In this document: piece by piece, positions 11,300-21,488 of the stretch
Layout: each line of letters begins with the position of its first letter
Position numbering within the stretch: position 1 is the first letter of the stretch
Translations under genes and position numbers: made by a program
Notes under the pieces: generated by a model
What the model was told of the DNA's origin: nothing
Seen by the model: only the letters and a program-made list of their open reading frames with translations
Database searches by the model: none
Assembly: GCA_048213135.1 (NCBI GenBank)
Contig: PS015106.1
Location: 89,192-115,737 of the forward strand
Direction of reading: 5' to 3'
Length of the DNA stretch: 26,546 nt
From: Reclinomonas americana ATCC 50394
Taxonomy: Eukaryota

Positions 11300-12799
11300 A
11301 TGACCAAGCGACCACTCCCTCCCATTGCTATTGCCGCCGGCCTCACTGGTTGGGTGGCCGTTGGTGAGTGAGAGTGTGTGTGTGAGAGAGAGAGAGCGCG
11401 CACACGTCATCACATCGCTCACTCGCATGCATGCGCAGCCACTCCGGCACCCTACTCATTCATCGCCATGGGCTTCTTGCTCGGCCTCTTTGTCATGTTT
11501 GTCAACAGCCTCATCTCCTCCACCTCTTCCTCCTCATCATCATCGTCATCATCGACATCAACAGCAGCAACAGGTGCGCGACAGAATCCCGCGACTTATT
11601 TGAATAGAAAAAAGATGCACTGATGCGCTGCTTGTGTTGTTGCATCTCAGCATCGTCACCAACAGCACAAGCAGAGGCCAAGCAGCTGTCGACCGAAGAG
11701 CAGCGTCGTCTGCAGCAAGCGTACGAGCCGAACTTTGATGTGATTGCCGAGGCCTTCCGGCAGGTGCAGCACCGGATCACGCGTTTCTTGGCCGAGGCCA
11801 CGAGCGAGGAGCCGCGCGAGGAGATCTGGGAGTACGAGAAGGGCGAGGGCGGTGGCCGCACTCGTGTGTGGGAGGGCGGCGCCAATCTGGAGAAGGGCGG
11901 CGTCAACTTTTCCGCCATTCGTGGACAGCAGCTGCCCGGATCGGCACTGGCGTCGCGAGTTGCGTCCCTTTCTGTCTCTGTCTCGCACAGTGGTGCTGAC
12001 TGCAGTGGCTTGCAGCTCAACGTTAGCGCGACGACGCCGTTTGGCGCCACGGGCGTCAGCATTGTGATTCATCCGCGCAACCCGTGGGTGCCGACGATTC
12101 ACATGAACATTCGGTACTTTGAGACGGGTCAGAAGTGGTGGTTTGGCGGCGGCATCGACCTCACTCCGTACTGCGTCAAGTCGCGTGCCGACGTGGCCAA
12201 CTTCCACGGCGCGATGCGCGACGTCTGCAACGCCCATGGCATGGACTATGCGGCGCTGAAGAAGACCGCCGACGACTACTTTACGATTACGCATCGCCAG
12301 GAGATGCGTGGCGCAGGTGCGGCGGGGTACTACACACACATGCACCTTCTGTTGCTTTGTGTGTGGCAGTGACTCACTCTCCCCCTCCGTGTTACGTGCA
12401 GGTGGCATCTTTTACGACAATCTGAACACGGATCGCGTCGCCAACTTTGACTTTTGCGTGGCGGTGGGCGACACATTTATCCGCGCCTACCGACCCTTCC
12501 TGGAGGCGTCACGGCTGTCGCTGCAGTACACGCCGCGCCAGCGTGAATGGCAGCTGCTGCGCCGCGGACGCTACGTGGAATTCAACCTGGTGTACGATCG
12601 CGGCACCAAGTTCGGCCTGGAGAGCAACGGCCGCACGGAGAGCATTCTGATGTCGCTGCCGACCGAGGCGCGGTGGTGGTACGGCGGCCAGCTGCCGCAG
12701 AACCTCGCCGCGGGCACACCCGAGTGGAATGAGCGCCACGAGGCCGAGATGCGCGAGGTCTACTTCCAGCCGCACGACTGGGTCGCCGAGCTGAAGTAA
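11300..12799 (+). CDS. CPOX: Oxygen-dependent coproporphyrinogen III oxidase (HemF/CPOX) with a hydrophobic N-terminal extension
   Basis: Exons 11300-11363, 11439-11573, 11651-11958, 12016-12316 and 12402-12799. Family motifs: [75 protein letters not shown]. The two N-terminal exons are less certain than the catalytic part. Confidence 0.95.
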
Positions 12800-12927
12800 C
12801 CTCCATTCGCGCGCACACCCCGCACATCCACAACTTACTATAGTAGACAATGAACAGACGTAAAAGAAAAAAGAACAACAGTTGACTACAATTCTCGGCC
12901 CAAGGAAAAAAAGGTTTAAAGTTCGCA

Positions 12928-14046
12928 TCATCGGAGGAACCGCTGGCACTGCCGGATGCACTGTAGCGATACGGATAAGAAAAGAGTGGCTGATGTGGGT
13001 GGACGAAGAGTGTGGAAGCAACCTTCGTGGCCTCGATCACTAGTGGATGATGCGCGGCATCGTCGCCGAGGATTTTCTGGTGTAAACTAACCGAGCGGTC
13101 AAACAGACGCACGGCTTTGCGGAACTCTCTTCTCGCCTGCACAATGAGTCCTGTGCGAACGCGAGAGAGAGCAGGTGAGCAACAACGAAGCGGGGGGAAT
13201 GTGCAGTGGCGATGAGGCAGACCGATATTATAGACAGCCTTGGCATACTCGAGATGGGAGGTCCCGTAGTGGCGCTTGCGAATCTCCAGCACACGACCCT
13301 GCACGACGCACGACACACTGAGAATAATCGCATGGGAGACAAGGCGCGAACGGCCGTGAGACGAACTTGCAACACGAGTGCCTCCTGCAAAAGCGACAGT
13401 CAGCATCATCGCACAACTGAGAGAACAACAACGGCACGCCACCTCCAGCTCATTGGCATCGCGCTTGATGCTGGCCATGTTCTCCAGCGTGACGGCCGTC
13501 AGCGGACTGCCCTGGCCGAGGATCTTTTCACGGATGCGCACCGACATGGTGTAGTCCTTTAGTGCCTCCTCCGTGTTGCCGAGTTGGTCCATTCTGCATG
13601 CGGCGGCGCGTCAGGAACGATCAGGTCGACAAGCGAATCGAATAGCAACGCAACACGACGCCATGGTTGTGTCTCACGTCGGCCAGGATTAACCGATCGT
13701 GGCCGACCAGATCTGCTCACACGTCTGTCAGCATCTCATCGTCTCACACTGTACTGTAAGCACACGCAACGTTCTCCCAGATCCAAACATCGCTCAAACA
13801 TGCGCAGTGCCTCCTGCAGCTCGCCATTCCCGAGATACAAGTGCCCCACATCTGCAAACACAACATGTAATAAGCACCTCGTGAACGACGTGTCACGAGC
13901 GCAGCACCCAACTGAGGTACACCGACAGCAGCTTCGGGTTCTCCTTGCCATAAATCTCCTCCATGGTATCCAAACACGAGTTGTACATCTCCAACGCCGC
14001 ATCGATCGTGCCACACGAGTGATACGCGTTGCCAAGACCCAGGAAA
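12928..14046 (-). CDS. Tetratricopeptide-repeat protein (kinesin-light-chain/NPHP3-type 42-aa TPRs), 5' part lost in the gap
   Basis: Spliced peptides include LGNAYHSCGTIDAALEMYNSCLDTMEEIYGKENP, ADVRHNHGVVMDQLGNTEEALKDYTMSVRIREKILGQGSPLTAVTLENMA and AKAVYNIGLIVQARREFRKAVRLFDRSVSLHQKILG. The last exon CIRQCQRFLR ends in TGA at 12928-12930. There is an 18-nt exon at 13367-13384. Confidence 0.85.
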
Positions 14047-14086
14047 CTATGACGCACATCAACACATACACAAGGCATGCCAGCAA

Positions 14087-14728
14087 NNNNNNNNNNNNNN
14101 NNNNNNNNNNNNNNNNNNNNNNNNNNNNNNNNNNNNNNNNNNNNNNNNNNNNNNNNNNNNNNNNNNNNNNNNNNNNNNNNNNNNNNNNNNNNNNNNNNNN
14201 NNNNNNNNNNNNNNNNNNNNNNNNNNNNNNNNNNNNNNNNNNNNNNNNNNNNNNNNNNNNNNNNNNNNNNNNNNNNNNNNNNNNNNNNNNNNNNNNNNNN
14301 NNNNNNNNNNNNNNNNNNNNNNNNNNNNNNNNNNNNNNNNNNNNNNNNNNNNNNNNNNNNNNNNNNNNNNNNNNNNNNNNNNNNNNNNNNNNNNNNNNNN
14401 NNNNNNNNNNNNNNNNNNNNNNNNNNNNNNNNNNNNNNNNNNNNNNNNNNNNNNNNNNNNNNNNNNNNNNNNNNNNNNNNNNNNNNNNNNNNNNNNNNNN
14501 NNNNNNNNNNNNNNNNNNNNNNNNNNNNNNNNNNNNNNNNNNNNNNNNNNNNNNNNNNNNNNNNNNNNNNNNNNNNNNNNNNNNNNNNNNNNNNNNNNNN
14601 NNNNNNNNNNNNNNNNNNNNNNNNNNNNNNNNNNNNNNNNNNNNNNNNNNNNNNNNNNNNNNNNNNNNNNNNNNNNNNNNNNNNNNNNNNNNNNNNNNNN
14701 NNNNNNNNNNNNNNNNNNNNNNNNNNNN
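14087..14728. other. Assembly gap (642 N)
   Basis: Run of N. It hides the 5' ends of the TPR gene and of SmD2. Confidence 1.
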
Positions 14729-14754
14729 TCCCTCCCTTCTCTCCCCCCTTTCAG

Positions 14755-14823
14755 GACCGGTTCATCAGCAAAATGTTCCTCCGAGGCGACTCAGTGATTG
14801 TGGTGCTCCGCAATCCGAAATGA
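14755..14823 (+). CDS. SNRPD2: Small nuclear ribonucleoprotein Sm D2, terminal exon
   Basis: Pyrimidine tract plus CAG acceptor, then [25 protein letters not shown], which is the conserved SmD2 C-terminus. Confidence 0.93.
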   Translation, partial: DRFISKMFLRGDSVIVVLRNPK

Positions 14824-14930
14824 GCGCCTTCAGTTATTTTCCCTGGCTGTTCAGTGTGTGTGTGCGCGCGTGTGTGTCGGCAGAAAAAATACATGGAGTG
14901 AGAGCGCGGTGTGTTGGTTCTTGTCGTGTT

Positions 14931-16180
14931 TTACTTGAGTTTGGCTGCATTCTTGTCGTGCTCGGGTGTTGGTGAGTGCTGCCGTGTGGTCGACGAGAGC
15001 AGCGGGGTGGTGTCCGAGCTGCCACCCGCTGCGTCGTCGGCGGAGGGTGTCATCGAGGCCAGATGGCCGCGATAGTAGCCCGGCGGGAAGTGTGGAACGT
15101 GATCCGACGCTTGGCGCACAGGGAAGAAGCAGCCGTCACCTGGCAGGTCGGAGTTGGTTCCCGGCCACCACCACCACCACGGGTTCTCGCCCAGCGCTCC
15201 GCGCAGATTGTGCAGGTAGCCGACGTGGTAGGGATTGGCAGTCTGTTGGGGCGAGAGGTGTGAGTCGAGAGACACCCTTGACATACAGAGATGGAGAGAG
15301 TGGGCAGGCACGCAACCAGGTGGTAGCGTTGTCGCAGCTTGGTCCTCCAGCCCTTGTCCATCGACTCGATGGTGGTGATGTTGCGGAAGAGCAGTGAGAA
15401 GTGGTAGCCCCCAAAGCCGCCCAGAGTCAGCGCAAAAATAATGGCGATGAAGAAGGCCAGCACCACATTCACAATCGACAGTGGTTCCAGTGGTTCCGGG
15501 AACGGTTGCTGCGCGGGGGAACGCGAGTGTGAGGACGAGCTGGTGGACTCGCTCAGAGAGAGACACACACAGACAGACATACCCCTGGTGCTGGTGGCGT
15601 AAACACGGCATACTCCAGCGAAATGGCATACAAAAAATCGCGGAACAGCGTCGCCGCAATGTAGGCACCGAGCAGCGCCGAGTACATCAGGAACTGGAAG
15701 AAGAACTTGGTGTTGTAGAAACCGACACAGTTGTTCACCCACGCTGCGTCGTAGAACGAGATCGATGAGAGTGCTGCCCACTGGCGGGCGGCGGCGGCTG
15801 CTGAGAGAAGCACACGCAACGACAGTGGTGATCCATCTTGAGCACACACCGCTCGCACGAGCTGCAGTGATGCGCGCGATCGGGCTTCGGTACAGATCGC
15901 ACCAGTGGTCGCTCCAAATCCCGCCCACTCTCATCCTTGTGCAGCACGATCGGATGGCACTTGGAGCACACACGATGTGCGCCATCAAAACGCCGCTCGA
16001 TTTGCGACATCTGCAGCCGGCCTGGTCAGCCCAACGATCATTCATCATCTGAGCACGTCGACTCACCACCACACGCTCCTGTCCCGTGGACGACGACGAT
16101 GATGAAGACTCCTCCACCACCTTGGCGTTCACCGGTTGCACTGGCGGCGGCGTTCCGTGCGATCCAGCATGCGATGGGCT
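14931..16180 (-). CDS. DHHC-type protein S-acyltransferase (palmitoyltransferase), 5' part lost in the gap
   Basis: RVCSKC...[37 protein letters not shown] (intron 15744-15820), two TM helices, the TTIE motif, a PaCCT-like [16 protein letters not shown], and TAA at 14931. Confidence 0.93.
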
Positions 16181-16237
16181 GCGACAGGCTGAGCAGATCA
16201 TCGACAAAGGCATCGCACAGCATGCATGCATGCAATC

Positions 16238-16952
16238 NNNNNNNNNNNNNNNNNNNNNNNNNNNNNNNNNNNNNNNNNNNNNNNNNNNNNNNNNNNNNNN
16301 NNNNNNNNNNNNNNNNNNNNNNNNNNNNNNNNNNNNNNNNNNNNNNNNNNNNNNNNNNNNNNNNNNNNNNNNNNNNNNNNNNNNNNNNNNNNNNNNNNNN
16401 NNNNNNNNNNNNNNNNNNNNNNNNNNNNNNNNNNNNNNNNNNNNNNNNNNNNNNNNNNNNNNNNNNNNNNNNNNNNNNNNNNNNNNNNNNNNNNNNNNNN
16501 NNNNNNNNNNNNNNNNNNNNNNNNNNNNNNNNNNNNNNNNNNNNNNNNNNNNNNNNNNNNNNNNNNNNNNNNNNNNNNNNNNNNNNNNNNNNNNNNNNNN
16601 NNNNNNNNNNNNNNNNNNNNNNNNNNNNNNNNNNNNNNNNNNNNNNNNNNNNNNNNNNNNNNNNNNNNNNNNNNNNNNNNNNNNNNNNNNNNNNNNNNNN
16701 NNNNNNNNNNNNNNNNNNNNNNNNNNNNNNNNNNNNNNNNNNNNNNNNNNNNNNNNNNNNNNNNNNNNNNNNNNNNNNNNNNNNNNNNNNNNNNNNNNNN
16801 NNNNNNNNNNNNNNNNNNNNNNNNNNNNNNNNNNNNNNNNNNNNNNNNNNNNNNNNNNNNNNNNNNNNNNNNNNNNNNNNNNNNNNNNNNNNNNNNNNNN
16901 NNNNNNNNNNNNNNNNNNNNNNNNNNNNNNNNNNNNNNNNNNNNNNNNNNNN
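16238..16952. other. Assembly gap (715 N)
   Basis: Run of N. It presumably hides the DHHC N-terminal TM exons. Confidence 1.
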
Positions 16953-17223
16953 AAACTCGTCCCCCTCGTCTTTTTGTTGTTCTTTATCGCGCACACATGC
17001 GTTTGTGTTTTTATGAAAGGCGCGGTGTGTGTTGTGTTGTGTTGCACTTGAGAGGATTATTCACTTAACCACCTCACACGCACACATCGACTCAAGGCAT
17101 GCCACCCACCCACCAACCCCCTTCCCAACGACCAGCAAAACATCCGACATGCATGAAAGCAGAAAAAATAATGGAGAGCAGAAGCAACGGACTGAGAAAG
17201 CAGCGCAACGGCATCACGCCGCG

Positions 17224-20160
17224 CTATCCGGTCGACGTCCACCGTGTGGAGCTCGGACTTCTTGGTGAGTTGGCGCGGCTGCGCAGCGACGACTCCCACA
17301 TCAGCGTCTGCTGGTTGACTCCGGGTGCCGCCAGATGGCGGTACTCGTGGAACTCGGCAGGGTATCTGCACAACTGGTAAGACTCTCGCGGAGGATGCCT
17401 ACGGCGCATGATCAGAGTCGGGACGCAACGCTTGTGGTGGTGGGTTCATGAACCGCTCCAGCGATCGGTGTCGGGAGGACGACGAGCGCAGCGTGGGGCT
17501 GGCACTACGCAGGCTGCGACGGTTCGGACTCGAGTTGCGCTGTGGTCTGTAAAATACAAGGTTGGTCGCAGTACACAATGAAATGGAAGGCCAGCAGAGC
17601 ACACGACGCAACGACGTCTTACGACCCTGTGCGCCCAACTGACTAAAGTGCAAGCTGCGCGCCAGATCCTCCTGCGATCGCTCCAACGCCTGCAACGCCA
17701 TGGCTCGCCCGTCTGCCTGCTCGCCTTCTTCAGCAAACGCCGCAGCCGCCGCTCCACCGAGAAGATCGCTGCTCCGCTCGTTGGCCGACTGTGGCGGTGG
17801 TACCTCACGCAACAGCTCCGTTTGCAGCGGACTGGTCGGCGACGCCTGCGAGTAGTCCGCTCCGTACAACTGGCGCAGGGCCTGCACGTCCTTTTGCAGC
17901 GACGACGCCAGTTCCCGTGACGATGAACCGCGCGCCTCCTCGCTGCTCGGTTGTGGCGTTGAGATCTTGGTCGCATCAGGTGTGCTCTGCGTCACGCGTC
18001 ACAGAAAACAGATACAAAGTCAGCAAGAGAAACGCATGCAGTCGGAATTCGCAGAATCAGACGCAACAGGTGCCTGGCGACGGCTGGCCGCAGGCGACGA
18101 CGAAGACGACGACGACGGTACGGGTTGATGGAAGACCGCACTTAACCGGTTGGCCACGCTGTAGGGCGAGCTCGTGCTCCGTGCTGGCGGCGTCTGTCGT
18201 GACTATGCATACGAAGAACATGCATGAATACTCGCATATGAAAAAATCTTCGCAGGCGGGGGCACGAGCGCACCGATCGACCCACGCGACGAGACGATGT
18301 CCGCCGAGAGCCGTCTCGCCGTGGTGATGCATCGGCCGATGTGGGCTGGCTGTGGCCGGCCGACACTGGCGCAGAAGCAGACACACCGCGCGGTGCGAAC
18401 TTGCGACGTGGGCTATTGACAAGAGATGAGTGACGACCATTATCATTCAATGCACTCGCCACAAGCACAACTCACCGGAAGCGAGGATTGCTGGAGCCAA
18501 TGAATCGCGCCGATGACAACAAGTACTGATAGGCCTCTTGCAGCAGTTCTGGTGGTACCACGCCACTCTTGGCCACAAAGTCTGTGCGTCGCCGCGAGTG
18601 AGCATCATTCCTCCTCCTTCCCTCTTGCGCTCGTCCTCACCCATCAGATAATCAGCAGCCATCAGCGGGAATCTCACGTGCGGCAACACGGGTGCCATGG
18701 CGGTGGCGAGCGTCGGCACGGCGACCGGGTGCTCACTGCCGCGCGAGGGCGTCGGATCTGCAGCAGTGAATCACGAGAGTGAGTCTCGTTGTCGCGTGTC
18801 GCTGGCGCACGACAGCCGCGCACACCTGCATCACTGCTGCTGCCAATCGAGTGCACCACAATCTCCGGCACATTCGGGTCCTGGTTGTGTGGAACCCGAC
18901 TGCGGCTCCACAGTAGCACAGCCTCAAACACCGCCTCCTGCAACACACAACTCGTCATCGTCAGCGTCACTGGTGGCACGAAGAAGAGACACAAGAGGGA
19001 TGCGGACCTCGGCCGACACATTCAAATCATCCGACGCCAACAGCTCCACCAGCAGCTCCGGCTGCAACTCGGGGAACGTAATCGTCTGCGACATGGGCTC
19101 GAACTGCTGCAGCGCTTCGCGATGGCACATCTCAAACAACAGATCACACTCGGCCGTCGCCGCCGCATTGAACAGCACCGGCAGATTCTCCGCCGTGATC
19201 TGCGTCGTCAGGAACTTGGCAATCTCATCAAACAGCGTGTACAGCGACAGCTCCCGCGCCGCAATCAGAATCTGCATGAGCGCACATGAGAGAGGCAATG
19301 ACTGGAACAGAGCGAGACAACAACAACCGTGTCGCACCTCGCAGGCCGTGATAATGTCTCGCAGATGCACAGTGTCAGTGTACAAGTACCGCAAGACGAT
19401 CTCAAACGTCGCCGGTGAGCACGTGGTATGCGGTGTGATAATGGGCGCTTTGGAGGTCTGCAAAACACACAAGCAAAAAATGCATCAATGAATGAACACA
19501 ACAATGCATTTCTCACAGTGGTTGCATTTGCACGGTACCTCGTAACCGCTTCCAACGGCGGCAATCAGTGAACGCAGATAGGGCGATCGAGCACACAAGA
19601 CAACCTGCAAGAGAGAGTGTGTGTGTGAGTGTGTCAGGACATGACACGCAGACGCACACACAGGCGCACATGCAGATGCATGCGACTGCATCTTGCTCTT
19701 CCTTGCTCATACACAGACACAGGTAGTCACATGGAGAGAGAGAAGCATGCGCGTGTGCGCCAGTGCAAGTGACAACAGTGGCCATGACGACATGCCTCTC
19801 TCTCTCCCTCGCTCTCACGTGCTTCTCTGCCTGCACACACTCTCTCTCACACACACACTCTCTCCCTCAACGCACCTTGTGCGCTGGGAACGATCGATCG
19901 GCGACCACCACAGACAGATCGGCGAGGTCTTCAGAGAGCGCATAGGCGGCCAGGTCCTCTCCCAGTGTGGTTCGTCGAGGCACAGACGATGCCGAGGGTG
20001 GTGTTGCTGATGAGGAAGAGGACGACGAGGGCAAAGAGAAGGCCTGCTGCTGTTGTTGTTGTTGGGGTGATGCATGTGCTGGCGATGCAGCAGACATGCT
20101 GTGTGATGCAGACGAGGAGGAGGTCACCAGTGGCGACGATGACGCTCCTGCTGTGCTCAT
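17224..20160 (-). CDS. BTB/POZ-BACK domain protein with a long Ser/Arg/Pro-rich disordered C-terminal tail (about 11 introns)
   Basis: BTB: LADLSVVVADRSFPAHK|VVLCARSPYLRSL...FEIVLRYLYTD. BACK: FPELQPELLVELLASDDLNVSAE|EAVFEAVLLW...VLPHVRFPLM. The tail splices in frame through introns at donors 18475, ~18272, 18067, 17612 and 17429 to TAG at 17224. The start ATG at 20160 is uncertain (see findings). Confidence 0.85.
19605..19875 (-). repeat. 271-nt intron rich in (GA)n/(GT)n/(CA)n microsatellites
   Basis: GTGCGT...TTGCAG intron interrupting AHK|VVL. It contains tracts such as tctctctctc, acacacacac and gtgtgtgtgagtgtgt. Confidence 0.8.
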
Positions 20161-20202
20161 TCCACTGCTGTATATGAGTGTGGGAGGCAGGACGCATGCG
20201 AT

Positions 20203-21422
20203 TCATTTGCCGGACGACGACGACTGCAGTCGTCGTTGCATGAGATTCTTCAGTGCCCGCTCGCGAAGTTGCAGCTCGGTCATTCCCGAGCTGCCGGTAA
20301 CCGCTGGTGGTGGTGGTGGTGGAGGAGGTGGAGGAGGTGGGGGAGCTTCGGCGGCCACTGTCCGCTCAAGTGCCTGTTTCAGCAGGCGCTGGCGAAGCTC
20401 GGCCTCGACGAGCTCCATCTTGAGACGCTGCACGTGTGCCGAGGCCGATGTGCCAGTGGGGCTTGTTGGGTCGGACACTGGCGGTGGAGGCGGTGGAGGC
20501 GGCGGAGGCGGTGGTGGAGGAGGTGAAGGCTCGCGATGTTGATGTCGCTTGCGATCGGGCGAGCGGGATGACGATCGGTGACTGCGAGTAGTGCGTGGCG
20601 GCGATGGCAACTGGCGGCGGTGGTGATCCGGTGAGCGCGACGACGAGCGATGCCTCTTGCGGACGGCTGTTGGCGATCTGTCGTGACCGTGCGACGAGCG
20701 CCTGTGCTCACGATGGTGGTGGTGGTGGTGGTGATGGTGGCGGTGGTATCGATCGGGGGAAGGCGAGCGGTGACGATGTCGTCTCTGCAGGCGCACCGAC
20801 TCAGACGAGGCCCACACATTGTCATCATGAACAACAACCGCAACATCAACATCCTCAGTCTCTGGCGGCGGTGGTGGTGGCGGTGGTGGCGGTGGTAGCG
20901 GTGGTGAAGGAGGTGGAGGAGGCGGTGGATCCACCGGGGTCCCACTGCGACTGGTCGCACTGGACTCAACACTGGCCCGACGCGGCTCATCGATCGGCAT
21001 GTCACTGTCACTGCTTCCGCCGCCGCTGCTACTGCTGCTGTCATCGCTGCTGCTGCTCGAATCACTGCCATGCCTCCTCTTCCGCTTCCTCTCCTTGCGC
21101 CTCTTCTTCTCCTTCTTGTCGCCGTCCCTCTTCTTCTTCTTGGCATGTTTCTTCTCTTTCTTCGCCTTGCGCTTCTCCTTGCGCTGCTGTCGCGCCATTC
21201 TCCGCTCCACTCGCTTCTGCTCCATGTCCATCATGGCCTTTTCCAGTGCCGAGGGCGCTGCATGCACACATAAGTTGATGACGACAGCATGCAACTCAAC
21301 TCAAAAAAACCAACACACACACCTGCCATGGCGACTTTGCGCTCAATGGTGGAGATCAGACGCAGAGCCATTTCGTCACTGAGGCCAGCTACAGGCGCAC
21401 TAAGGCGCCGAGCAGCGGCCAT
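20203..21422 (-). CDS. Low-complexity Lys/Arg/His/Ser/Pro-rich protein, probably nuclear (SR-like/splicing-associated by composition)
   Basis: ATG at 21422 (MAAARRLS), exon 21323-21422, intron 21258-21322, then a long ORF with a poly-Lys block, a Ser/Asp tract, poly-Pro, poly-His, RSPSP/RSSSRSP motifs and two C-terminal ELR(Q/E)R(L/A)LK helices. A possible additional in-frame intron lies at ~20786-20851. Confidence 0.7.
20305..20925 (+). repeat. Coding trinucleotide tracts (GGT/GGC/GGA)n encoding poly-Pro and poly-His
   Basis: Runs at ~20306-20343, 20480-20525, 20714-20746 and 20863-20927. Confidence 0.85.
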
Positions 21423-21488
21423 TGCGCGAGTGAAGACGGAGAGAAGAGGACACAGTCTGCGTCCTGCACCTTTTTCTTTCGTTGTTTG
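21423..21488. promoter_or_regulatory. Probable bidirectional promoter/5' UTR region
   Basis: 66 bp between the divergent ATGs at 21422 (-) and 21489 (+). Positional inference only. Confidence 0.45.

Noticed and set aside
14931-14955. ER-retrieval dilysine signal at the DHHC C-terminus (KNAAKLK)
   Set aside because: The lysines are at -1 and -3, which does not match KKxx or KxKxx.
13584-17068. Long ORFs containing X runs
   Set aside because: Artefacts of translating through N gaps.
17399-17995. Standalone 198-aa gene
   Set aside because: It has no ATG start of its own and splices in frame to the BTB-BACK gene through the GTTGCG intron at 18067.
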